DNA of 64,000 nucleotides from an uncultured delta proteobacterium. Its GTDB lineage: Bacteria; Myxococcota_A; Polyangia; Polyangiales; Polyangiaceae. Position 1 is the first letter of the stretch, and every line of letters starts with the position of its first letter. Location of the stretch: contig CAWAIF010000003.1 in the NCBI GenBank assembly GCA_963782055.1, positions 5,216,001 to 5,280,000 on the forward strand, given 5' to 3'. The notes under the pieces are model-generated. The model saw only the letters and a list, made by a program, of their open reading frames with translations. It was not told where the DNA came from and ran no database searches. Of this stretch, positions 23,420-32,625 are shown one piece after another. The position numbers were made by a program, and so were the translations under genes.

Positions 23420-24577
23420 ATGCACCCGTCGTGTGCGCCCGCGCGCACGTGCGCGGCGCCCATCGAGCTCGCGGACGTGGTGCGCGCCCACGGCGAGGCC
23501 TTCGCCGGCGGCCGCGTGCTGCGTCCCGAGGAGCGGTCGGCGCTGCGGGCAATCGAGCGATGCCGGACCGCCGCGCTGGGCGGACATCTGGACGTGTGCA
23601 CCGCGTGCGGGCTCGAGCGACCGTCGTACAACTCGTGCCGCAACCGGCACTGTCCCAAGTGCCAGTCGCTCGCGCAGGCGCGGTGGGTCGCCACGCGGCT
23701 CGAGCGCATTCTGCCCGTGCACTACTTCCACGTCGTCTTCACGCTCCCCGCCGAGCTGCGCGCCGTCGCGCGGCGCTCGCGCGCGAGGGTCTTCGACATG
23801 CTCTTCGCGAGCGCGGCCGACACGCTGGCCACCCTCGCGCGGGATCCGAAGTGGCTCGGCGCCGAGCTCGGCGTCACGATGGTCCTGCACACCTGGACGC
23901 GCGCGCTGCTCTTCCACCCCCACGTGCACGCCATCGTCACCGGCGGCGGACTCACCGGCGACGCCGCGCGCTGGGTGCGCGCGCGCCGTCGCTTCCTCTT
24001 CCCCGTGCGCGTGATGGGCGCCCTCTTTCGCGGCAAGATGCTCGCCGCTCTCGAGCGCGCCCACGCGCGCGGCCTCGTCGACCTGGGCGGCGTCGACCTG
24101 CTGGCGCTCCGACGCAAGGCCTGGGTCGTCTACGCCAAGCGACCCTTCGGCGGCCCCGCTCAGGTCATCCGCTACCTCGGTCGCTACACTCACCGCGTCG
24201 GCATCTCCAACCACCGCTTCGTCTCGATGGGCGAGCGCGGCGTCACCTTCCGCACCAGAGACGGCAAGTCGGTCACCGTCCCGGCCGAGGAGCTGCTCGC
24301 GCGCTTCGTCCAGCACGTGCTGCCGCGCGGCTTCGTCAAGATCCGCCACTACGGCCTGCACTCCGCCAGCCACGCCACCACGCGCCTCGAGACCGCACGC
24401 CGCAGACTGGATCCGCACGCGCCCGCTGCGCGACCGGAGCGCCGTGCCGTCGCCGCCGACCTGCTGCTGCGAATCGCGGGCATCGACCTGCGCCGCTGCC
24501 CCGCTTGCCACACGCCTGCCCTCGTGCGCACCGCGCTGCCCGAGCCCCGAGCTCGCGCCCCGCCGAGGGCCGCATGA
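23420..24577 (+). CDS. IS91-family (Y2 HUH) rolling-circle transposase, full length
   Basis: CRNRHCPKC, HPHVH, YLGRY and KIRHYGL motifs. Confidence 0.93.
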   Translation: MHPSCAPARTCAAPIELADVVRAHGEAFAGGRVLRPEERSALRAIERCRTAALGGHLDVCTACGLERPSYNSCRNRHCPKCQSLAQARWVATRLERILPVHYFHVVFTLPAELRAVARRSRARVFDMLFASAADTLATLARDPKWLGAELGVTMVLHTWTRALLFHPHVHAIVTGGGLTGDAARWVRARRRFLFPVRVMGALFRGKMLAALERAHARGLVDLGGVDLLALRRKAWVVYAKRPFGGPAQVIRYLGRYTHRVGISNHRFVSMGERGVTFRTRDGKSVTVPAEELLARFVQHVLPRGFVKIRHYGLHSASHATTRLETARRRLDPHAPAARPERRAVAADLLLRIAGIDLRRCPACHTPALVRTALPEPRARAPPRAA

Positions 24578-24905
24578 TCTCCCCGCGTCGTGCTCCACTG
24601 CGTTCGCTCCACGAGTGCGGCCCAGGCCCCGGTCCATCCGCGCCACCAAAAACCGCCCCCCGAGCACGCACGGCTGCCCGCTGCGCGCTCCGGGACGCCC
24701 GCGTCGAGCGCCGTCCCGCCGCCCGCTCCGCACCTCGCGCACCCGCACGCGTGACCCACACGCCGCCAACTTCCCCATAGGGCTCCGAGGCCACCGCCTC
24801 GCCGCTGCCGCGCACCGGCTTCGTCCAACCGTCGATTTCGCGACCGCGCACCCGCGCCACGCGACCGCCGCCGCGACCCGGCGCGCTCACGCAATCGACT
24901 CTTAC

Positions 24906-24954
24906 TTATGCGAAGTGGGGCCGTCCGGTGTCACTGGAAGGACGGACCAGGGTG
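24906..24954 (+). repeat. Array repeat R4, right half
   Basis: Identical 49-mer. Confidence 0.97.
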
Positions 24955-27658
24955 GCTGCCGGATGGAACCACGATTACGACGGTACCATCCGCTGATCCA
25001 CGCTACGGGTTCGGCTCGGCCTACGTGTCGTCGTCGACGGCATCGATCGGTGGTCACTCGGTGGCCACCAGTACCTCAATTCAGGAGCAGTTGAGCGATG
25101 CGTCGGACCCGCGCACCCTGACGGGACAGACGACGTACGGCACGGTCCTGATCAATTCGACGCCGTACACCGTGTCACAGGTGTTTAGCGCGGGCCCCCC
25201 TGCTACTGTCACCTACACCACGCCCGCAGGTCGTACCGCCACGCTGACGCTGGATGCCAACGACCGCGTGACGCAAGTCCAGGTGGGTGGCGACGTGCCC
25301 GGCCACCCTGGCTCGAGCCTAAATGCGACCAATATCGGCTACGACTCCGGCCGCCTCGGAACAATCAGCCAGGGTTCTACGCCAACGACACTAACCACGA
25401 CGTACCACTACAATTCGTCGACGGGCTTCCTCGATTCGGTCGATGGCCCCTTCGGATCCCACGTGTTCAACAATCCAACCCAGGACGCGCTCGGGCGGCC
25501 CTCGCATGTGTCGCTCCCGGGAGGAAACGTCGTGGGCCTGACGTATGACACCGCGGGCCACGTGAATTCGGTGACGGTGCCCCAGGGCTACGTCCATGGG
25601 TACGGGTTCAACGCCGACGACCTCCTGGGCTCGCACGCCCCACCGAGCGCCTCGCCCGGCGGGCCGACCAACTATGGCTACTCCCCGGAGCGCCTCCTGT
25701 CTTACGTCGAACCACCGGGCACGGTGGTCAGCTACGATCACGACGCTGACGGCCGCATCTCCAGCATCTCCTACCCGAGTCCGGTTGACGGGACGATGCG
25801 GCAGACCTCGTTCGGCTACTATGCCGACAACGACCCGCAGACTGGACACGCCAAGGGACACGTCTCCACGATCGACGACACCGACGTGAACCTGACCTAC
25901 AAGTACAACGGCCCTCTCCTGACCTCCGAGGAGTTCCAGGTCCCGAACTACGGCGCGACCTTCGACCACACCGTCCACTACGGCTACGGCGACCACCTCC
26001 CCCGCGTCACCTCGCGCGACATCGACGGTGCCGCCGGCTTCACCTTCACCTACGACGACCTGAACGGCGCCGCCAACAACGGAGGCGTCGGAGACGCCGA
26101 CGGCTACCTCTGGCGGATCACGGGCGGCGGACAGGACTACACCGTCACGCGCGCCGCAAACGGGATGATCGCCAGCCCGACGGTCGGGGCACTGAGCGAG
26201 GGCTACGAGTACGACCTGAACGGCGCGCTCACCAGGTACTGGATGAAGCACGGCCAGACCACGCTCTACGAGGCAGACTACACGCGCAACCACGCGGGCA
26301 GCGAGCGGGTCCAGAGCGAGACGGAGATCGTGAACGGCATCTCGTGCGCGATCGGCTACGACTACTACCCGGACAACCGCCTGCACACCGTCACCAACTC
26401 CTGCGGCGGCGGCGGGTCCTACAGCTACAACCCCGACGGCACGATGTCCGGGCCGACGCACGACGCGCAGGACCGGACCATCGACGACGGCCCCACCCAC
26501 TTCGCCTACGCGGCCGACGGATCGACCTACAGCCAGTCCGGATCGAACTACCTCGTCAACTACCGCTACGATCCCGCCGGCAACCTGCTGCACTTCGACC
26601 GCAACGACGGCGGCAACGCGCGCACCTACGACTACCGGGTCGACGGCCTGAACCGGCGGATCGCCCGGACGACGCAGGACCAGCGCGGATGGCTCTACGA
26701 CGGCGACCGCATCATCGGGGAGGTGGACGGCACGGGCCGCGTGGTCGCCCACTTCGCCTACTTCACCCACGCCAACGTCCCCGACCTGATGCTGCGCCTG
26801 GACTGGGACAACAACTGGATCCTCTACCGCATCGTGACCGACCAGCTCGGCACCGTGAAGGCGGTGATCCGCACCTCCGACGGCGCGGTGATGGAGCTGT
26901 ACTCCTACAGCGACGCCTGGGGTGCGATGAGCGCCGTCTACGACGGCAACCTCCAGTGGCTCAACGGGGGCTCCCCGACCTTCCAGCCGTTCGGGTTTGC
27001 AGGCGGGCTGGTGGACTACTATGCTGGTACCCTGCGCTACGGCGCGCGAGACTACAACCCCTGGCAGAGGAGGTGGCTGACGCAGGATCCGATCGGGCAG
27101 GCTGGCGGGCTGTACGTGTATGGGTACTGCCATGACGATCCGGTGAACTGCGCAGATCCCTCTGGGCGTTTCGGCGTGGGTGGCCTTTTGGATCTGTACA
27201 ACGCCACGGTCGGCTCGTTTCTTGGAAAGATCAATGCCGCGGAGGCAACGGCGGTCGGGCTCGCGTTCGGTGCGGCAGGCGTCGCCACCAATGTTGTTGA
27301 CGGAAAGGAGTACGGCGTTGACTACTCCGTGGACATAGGAAATAACGCAATCGAATTTAAGGGGCATCCGGTGGTTGGCGCATTTACGCCGGCCGTCACA
27401 CTCGGAAACGTAATCTGCTACGAGAATGCCTCGCCTGGCCCATACACGCAAGCTCACGAGAGACAGCACACCTATCAGGCTGAAACGCTCGGGGATCTCT
27501 ACTTGCCGGCGCAAGCCGACTCTCAGGTGCTAGGATTTGTTAGTAGTTTTTTTGATAGCAGCCACACGTACAGCGGCTTAAACGACAGAGTTCACGGGCC
27601 CGGAAATCTCTTGGAGACGGGGCCGTCGATGGTTGATCCGCAACCGTGGCCGTGGTGA
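24908..27658 (+). CDS. 5'-truncated RHS/YD-repeat toxin with HExxH C-terminal domain, in frame with an ATG inside the repeat (cargo 4)
   Basis: YD repeats, RHS core YGARDYNP...WLTQDPIG...DPSG, C-terminal AHERQHTYQ. Confidence 0.85.
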   Translation: MRSGAVRCHWKDGPGWLPDGTTITTVPSADPRYGFGSAYVSSSTASIGGHSVATSTSIQEQLSDASDPRTLTGQTTYGTVLINSTPYTVSQVFSAGPPATVTYTTPAGRTATLTLDANDRVTQVQVGGDVPGHPGSSLNATNIGYDSGRLGTISQGSTPTTLTTTYHYNSSTGFLDSVDGPFGSHVFNNPTQDALGRPSHVSLPGGNVVGLTYDTAGHVNSVTVPQGYVHGYGFNADDLLGSHAPPSASPGGPTNYGYSPERLLSYVEPPGTVVSYDHDADGRISSISYPSPVDGTMRQTSFGYYADNDPQTGHAKGHVSTIDDTDVNLTYKYNGPLLTSEEFQVPNYGATFDHTVHYGYGDHLPRVTSRDIDGAAGFTFTYDDLNGAANNGGVGDADGYLWRITGGGQDYTVTRAANGMIASPTVGALSEGYEYDLNGALTRYWMKHGQTTLYEADYTRNHAGSERVQSETEIVNGISCAIGYDYYPDNRLHTVTNSCGGGGSYSYNPDGTMSGPTHDAQDRTIDDGPTHFAYAADGSTYSQSGSNYLVNYRYDPAGNLLHFDRNDGGNARTYDYRVDGLNRRIARTTQDQRGWLYDGDRIIGEVDGTGRVVAHFAYFTHANVPDLMLRLDWDNNWILYRIVTDQLGTVKAVIRTSDGAVMELYSYSDAWGAMSAVYDGNLQWLNGGSPTFQPFGFAGGLVDYYAGTLRYGARDYNPWQRRWLTQDPIGQAGGLYVYGYCHDDPVNCADPSGRFGVGGLLDLYNATVGSFLGKINAAEATAVGLAFGAAGVATNVVDGKEYGVDYSVDIGNNAIEFKGHPVVGAFTPAVTLGNVICYENASPGPYTQAHERQHTYQAETLGDLYLPAQADSQVLGFVSSFFDSSHTYSGLNDRVHGPGNLLETGPSMVDPQPWPW

Positions 27659-27670
27659 ACGATTAGTCGC

Positions 27671-28243
27671 ATGAGGTTGCTCGCCATGGGTGGTACCAAT
27701 TGGCAGTGGATACACTCCTCACTGGCAAGGGTGGTGGCGACTGTGATGGTGGCGGGTGTTGGTGTGCTCGCCCTTCAGCTCGTACTGGCCTTGGGTGTGA
27801 TGGCTGGACATGGCCACCGACACTCCTTCGTCACGACTCTGACCCCTCCAGCTGGGATGACTGTGAACGAACGCTGTGTGCGCACCGGCCTAGTTCGGGG
27901 CTTTGGCCGAAACCGAGTGGGTGAAAGTCATGCTGATGGTCGCACGACTTTTCATGTTCGGGTATATGGTCCACCGTCCAAAGATCGACGTAATGGTATC
28001 GTTTTCTACGCGGCCATCGCGCGACACGGAGGCGCAGCCAAAGATATCGTCGAACTCGAGGGCGAATGGTTTCAGCAAGAACCGATGAGCAAGTTTGACG
28101 CAATGGCGTCGACGGGCATGTCGCGAATTGTATCCGCTATCTCCGCTTCATGCGGCTCAGGCGCTGGACCTACTGCAGCCTGGAAGGCCGCTTGTAGGTA
28201 CGGAGACCTCACGGATGGCCCATGCCCGACCCCCAAGTTATGA
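27671..28243 (+). CDS. Hypothetical membrane protein, candidate immunity protein
   Basis: Directly downstream of the RHS C-terminus, lower GC, N-terminal TM segment. Confidence 0.55.
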   Translation: MRLLAMGGTNWQWIHSSLARVVATVMVAGVGVLALQLVLALGVMAGHGHRHSFVTTLTPPAGMTVNERCVRTGLVRGFGRNRVGESHADGRTTFHVRVYGPPSKDRRNGIVFYAAIARHGGAAKDIVELEGEWFQQEPMSKFDAMASTGMSRIVSAISASCGSGAGPTAAWKAACRYGDLTDGPCPTPKL

Positions 28244-28322
28244 CGGACGGACTGAAACGGGTCCACAGCGAGACGGAGATCGTGAGAAATAGCGCATGCG
28301 GCATGCTTGTTGAACAACGCTC

Positions 28323-28567
28323 TTGCCGGCGGCTCGCCACTGGACCGGGTCCTTGTCCCGGAGGTCTACCGTGACATTGGGTAACGTTCTCGGTCGGCTG
28401 CACGGGAGGAGCTCTTCTTGGTGTCGTCGGGCCTGTACATGCCTGATAGCGGTTGCGCTGACCGCGCCCGCCTGCGGCGTGCGGAGCAACCTGGACGCCT
28501 GCCCCACCTCCGAGACGGCCTGCGGCTTCACCTGCGCCGATCTCAGCGGTGACCCGGCCAACTGCGG
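28323..28567 (+). pseudogene. Cys-rich lipoprotein fragment truncated at repeat R5
   Basis: LTAPAC...CGFTCADLSGDPANCG is cut exactly at the repeat; true start uncertain. Confidence 0.5.
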
Positions 28568-28667
28568 GCGCATAGGAAATGCTAGCGCGGTCGGGCGCGA
28601 AAGTTTACGAAATCCATCTTATGCGAAGTGGGGCCGTCCGGTGTCACTGGAAGGACGGACCAGGGTG
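28568..28667 (+). repeat. Array repeat R5 (intact, variant B)
   Basis: Full 100-mer with the two variant-B bases. Confidence 0.98.
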
Positions 28668-29024
28668 GCGTACCGCCTGAGGATGCGGGCCGCAATCGAG
28701 CGAGTGAGTCGCATTTGCGGCGACGTCTTCTGGGGGCGGCCGCACGGGGCGTACGGCGGGAGGACGCCGGAGGAGGTGTATGCCGGGCGCGAGGCCGCCG
28801 CCGGGCATCTCGAACGCCTCGTGCTCTTCGACAACCGGCTTCGCTGGTGGTGCTTCTCGTAGCGACAGGCGCCGGAGAGGAAGTCGGTCGGGCGCCTCGG
28901 TCTTTGACATGGCGGTCTCGCGGGTGAGGGAGGGCGGGAGACGTGTGGGCGGAGAGGGCGCGATGGCGCGATTTCGACGTGACGGCTCGATGAGGAGGCT
29001 CGGTAGGCTTGGTGGGGTACTACA
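28668..29024. repeat. Partial copy of the RHS-associated intergenic IS-remnant repeat
   Basis: Similar to 31796-32148, 34751-35100 and (inverted) 48897-49162. Confidence 0.8.
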
Positions 29025-29064
29025 CTCGCTGAGATACTACGCATGTCGTGGCGCTAACCAACCA

Positions 29065-29658
29065 CTAACCCTTTGCGCGAAGCCATTGCGCCCCGACATG
29101 GTCAAGATCGACAGTCCACGTGGCACCAGCAAATATCATCGGAATCGCGTGAGCCTCGCCGGGCACTTGCACGTCACCAACTATGCCGTTTTCGTCGCGC
29201 AAGTCGACCTCACACCCGACACGCTTCAGCATTGCGACGACAGGATCAGACGAGATGGCGGCGCAGTGCTGGACCTGAAACACCCGGTGCAGCACTCTGT
29301 TTGAAGATATCATGCGTAGGATGACAGAGAACTGAACCTTAAACGCATCGATCGCGGACTCGAACGTGCTGATGCGCCCTGGAAACGTCGCGCGGAATAG
29401 TCGACCCGCGTCGGTGTCATCGACACTGGCGCTTAGCATCGCCTCAGCCTTCTGCGTCTCGCCAAACCTCAGGAGCAACTGGCACAGGCGGAGAACATCT
29501 GCATCTGAGTCCGTCCCTGCAGCAAGCTTCGCGCCTATGCGTTCAATCTCTTTCGCAGCCGAGGGGTCCACCGCTCGAATTGCGGTTACGTTGATGCCGC
29601 CGATTGACGCGGCCGGGATGGGTGAAAACCTGCGGCTATCGTCTTGAGACATGCTCAC
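29065..29658 (-). CDS. Candidate immunity protein of orphan RHS module 2
   Basis: Overlaps the stop codon of the RHS ORF. Confidence 0.65.
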   Translation of the reverse strand: MSMSQDDSRRFSPIPAASIGGINVTAIRAVDPSAAKEIERIGAKLAAGTDSDADVLRLCQLLLRFGETQKAEAMLSASVDDTDAGRLFRATFPGRISTFESAIDAFKVQFSVILRMISSNRVLHRVFQVQHCAAISSDPVVAMLKRVGCEVDLRDENGIVGDVQVPGEAHAIPMIFAGATWTVDLDHVGAQWLRAKG

Positions 29659-31526
29659 CTCCGACCTGGTATGTGAAGTCTCGCGACGGGATTATCCCGC
29701 CCCATTGCACCGACGTACCCCCGATTGTTCAGTTCGCTCCATTGACCGTGAACGTCGCGAACATACTTGTGCCAATGCCCTCCGCCTCCGGCTTCAGGAT
29801 CGAAGTCTACCTCGTAAAGCCGCGTCCTACCTCCAGAGAGACGCTCCAATCGCTCGAACCCAACTCTACCTGTCGCTGTTTTTGGAAGTTCGGCAAACCC
29901 CGCTTCGGTGAGCTTCGGCCGAACCGAGCGCAGGCTTTGGTTGAATAGGTCGAGGTCTATCCCGGGTGCCCGTACACGTACGCCAACGGGGAATTCGTCT
30001 CCGACGGGCGGAGGCCTCCGGCCGATGGCTCCTTCTGTATCACCTGCTAGTTCACCGAGGTCCCCTACCTCTCCTTGGCCCGAGACGAAGACAAGCGCAA
30101 GATTGAAAACTCCTGACGCGGCCTTGCCGGCGCCTTCACCCCTTTCGCCTTGGGTAGCGGCGCCGGTAGCGGTGGCCAGCCCACTCTGAATCGTGTCTGC
30201 AATGGATCCAATAACTGCGAATAGCTCACGTCCAGGGTTGTAGGTTATGAATGCGGCCTTGAGGTATGACTTCAGTGCGCCGCCCAGGTCACCTGCCGTG
30301 AGCTTGTCCAGTACCTCAGTACCAGGCCGGGCTTGCGTCTTGAGGGTCCTTGTGGAGATCCATCCGGTTTGATGCTCGATGAAGCCGCTGATAACGGACC
30401 CTCCCCAGGACTCCCATTGCCCGTGAACCGTCGCGCCGCGTAACTGATCGGTTCGTGGTGCGGATTGCTCCATCTTGATGGCCGCGGCAACATGTGCGGG
30501 ATCGAGCTTCGGTTGGTGTAATGAAGTGTGTTTCGGTATCGGCTTCGGCCTCGCCTTACGTGCCGTGAATGGTATGTATGCTTGAAGGAACGCGGCCGCC
30601 GTGGCAAGATGTGCCGCTTGACCAAACTGTGCTGCGAGCCTCTTTCGGAGACCCTGCACGTTTGGATCCGTGTCCTGGCGCCCGTCTGGATCGACGAGAG
30701 TGGTAGGCCGGTTTCGCACGTAAGCGTAGGCGTTGTCGACGCCGCGGCCCGACGGATCTACCGCCGTCCACCTGCCGAGCCACGCCGCATAGTACCTCGC
30801 CCCGTAGTAATGCAGCGCGGTCTCCTCGTCCCTCTCCTTGCCATTGTACCGGTACCTCCGCTTGCTCACCTCCCCGGTCTCCGACCGGAACGACGTCGCC
30901 CCGAAGGCGAAGTACTCTTCGTACGAGATGATGCTGCCGTCCTCCTTGACCTCGACGCAGGTGGACTCGAGCTGGTCGGCGAGCTGGTAGCGCTGCCGCG
31001 AGGTGGGCGAGGTCACGGTGCTCCCGCCCGTCACCGTGAGCGTCTCGACCATCGCGATGCGCCGCACGTCGTCCATGACGTGCAGGGTCTGTCGCTCCTC
31101 CTGCACCGTGGCGGTCCCGCCGGAGACGGTCGACTCCCGCCAGATCTCGTACCCGCCGAGGTAGATGCGCTCGTCGCGCAGGGCGCTCGTCTTGTCCCAG
31201 ACCTTGCGCACGCGCTGGCCGGCGGAGTCGTACACGAAGTAGACCGTACCACCTCCGCCGAGGTCGGCACTCTGCATGCGGTCCGCCCAGTCCCACGCGA
31301 TGGTGGACAGGTGGGGCATGGCCGTCATGTTGCCGCGCTCGTCGTGGTCGTAGGTGCCGGAGTAGGGGCCGCCGGAGGGGTCGCCGGGCATCTCGGTCGT
31401 GGCGAGCTTGTTGGAGGAGGAGTCGTAGGTGTAGTGGCGGTTCCAGTTGGCGCTGGTGGCGGTGTGGAACATCCCGAGGATGTTGCCGACCTCGTCGTAG
31501 TCGTAGGTCTGGGTGTACGAGCGCAT
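29655..31526 (-). CDS. Orphan RHS core + C-terminal toxin module 2
   Basis: RYNGKERDEETALHYYGARYY...DPDG followed by a unique C-terminus. Confidence 0.88.
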   Translation of the reverse strand: MRSYTQTYDYDEVGNILGMFHTATSANWNRHYTYDSSSNKLATTEMPGDPSGGPYSGTYDHDERGNMTAMPHLSTIAWDWADRMQSADLGGGGTVYFVYDSAGQRVRKVWDKTSALRDERIYLGGYEIWRESTVSGGTATVQEERQTLHVMDDVRRIAMVETLTVTGGSTVTSPTSRQRYQLADQLESTCVEVKEDGSIISYEEYFAFGATSFRSETGEVSKRRYRYNGKERDEETALHYYGARYYAAWLGRWTAVDPSGRGVDNAYAYVRNRPTTLVDPDGRQDTDPNVQGLRKRLAAQFGQAAHLATAAAFLQAYIPFTARKARPKPIPKHTSLHQPKLDPAHVAAAIKMEQSAPRTDQLRGATVHGQWESWGGSVISGFIEHQTGWISTRTLKTQARPGTEVLDKLTAGDLGGALKSYLKAAFITYNPGRELFAVIGSIADTIQSGLATATGAATQGERGEGAGKAASGVFNLALVFVSGQGEVGDLGELAGDTEGAIGRRPPPVGDEFPVGVRVRAPGIDLDLFNQSLRSVRPKLTEAGFAELPKTATGRVGFERLERLSGGRTRLYEVDFDPEAGGGGHWHKYVRDVHGQWSELNNRGYVGAMGRDNPVARLHIPGRR

Positions 31527-32148
31527 GGAGGAGGGATGCCCCTCCGGGCGCCATGCTCGGGCTCGTGCTCGCCGTCGCGCGTGCCGTCCGTGGGTGCATG
31601 ATCACGGACTACGGCACGCACGACGGCTTGCGCGCGAGCCCTGCGCGTGGCGCCCCTCCCCTCGATGTCGCGCTCGCGCGCGCCATCGGGGAGGCTGGTC
31701 GGCTGCACGGTGCGGACCTCGGCGCGGGGAACAGGCAATCGCCAGCTGGTGCCGGGGGAGGCTTGCTCCTAGGCCACTATCGAGGTACGCCTACGGCGTA
31801 CCGCCTGAGGATGCGGGCCGCAATCGAGCGAGTGAGTCGCATTTGCGGCGACGTCTTCTGGGCGCGGCCGCACGGGGCGTACGGCGGACGGACGCCGGAG
31901 GAGGTGCATGCCGGGCGAGACGCCGTTGCCGGGCACCTAAAACAACTCGTGCTCTTCGATGGCCGGCTGCGGCGGTGGCGCTTCTCGTGGCGCCCATCGC
32001 TGGAGAGGAAGTCGGTCCGGCGCCTCGGTTCCTTGACATGGCGGTCTCGGGCGTGAGGGGAGGACGGGAGACGTGTGGGCGCGCAGGGGGCGCGAGTTCG
32101 ACGTGATGGATTGACGAGGAGGCTCCGTAGGCTTGGTGGGGTATTACA
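31527..32148. repeat. RHS-associated intergenic repeat (degenerate integrase-core IS remnant)
   Basis: Similar to 34485-35100; encodes RPHGAYGGRTPEEV; ends GGGGTATTACA. Confidence 0.75.
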
Positions 32149-32241
32149 CGGGGCGGACCTCGGCGCCGGAGGGCTTGCTCCTAGGCGACTATCGCGGTAC
32201 GCATATGGCGTACCGCCTGAGTACTGCAGGGAGAGGATCCT

Positions 32242-32625
32242 TCATTCGGGCGCGACGAATTCCGAATAGCGCTCACTGGAGTACTTCCCACGCCAGCCCT
32301 CCGAAGGCCCGATGTACCAGCCGGCCAGCTCTCCCATGCCGTCAGAGGTAAGGTCGACAATGTCGCCCTCAGTGGTCTTCAACTGGAGATGGAGTGTACC
32401 ATTATCAATGGCATCGAGTAGATAATATATGGCGTAATCAATGCAGTCTGGCGCCACGACTTTGGCACATTCACTGTCCGGACCAATGCCCTTAGACTGC
32501 CAGCGTTTCCCGATCGCCGAGTGCCGGCCTGGATCACGGTTGTGATCACAGTCATGGACGGCGCGATCCCGAACCTCTGCGACCAAGATTCGGCCGAATT
32601 CCTCGATCGACTTATTTGACATCAT
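32242..32625 (-). CDS. Candidate immunity protein of orphan RHS module 1
   Basis: Overlaps the stop of the RHS ORF, low GC. Confidence 0.7.
   Translation of the reverse strand: MMSNKSIEEFGRILVAEVRDRAVHDCDHNRDPGRHSAIGKRWQSKGIGPDSECAKVVAPDCIDYAIYYLLDAIDNGTLHLQLKTTEGDIVDLTSDGMGELAGWYIGPSEGWRGKYSSERYSEFVAPE

Larger units (their letters stand above)
22387..24905 (+). mobile_element. Tyrosine recombinase + IS91-family transposase element, copy 3 (apparently intact)
   Basis: Inserted at the same nucleotide; 26-bp imperfect inverted repeat 22387-22412 / 24803-24828. Confidence 0.92.
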
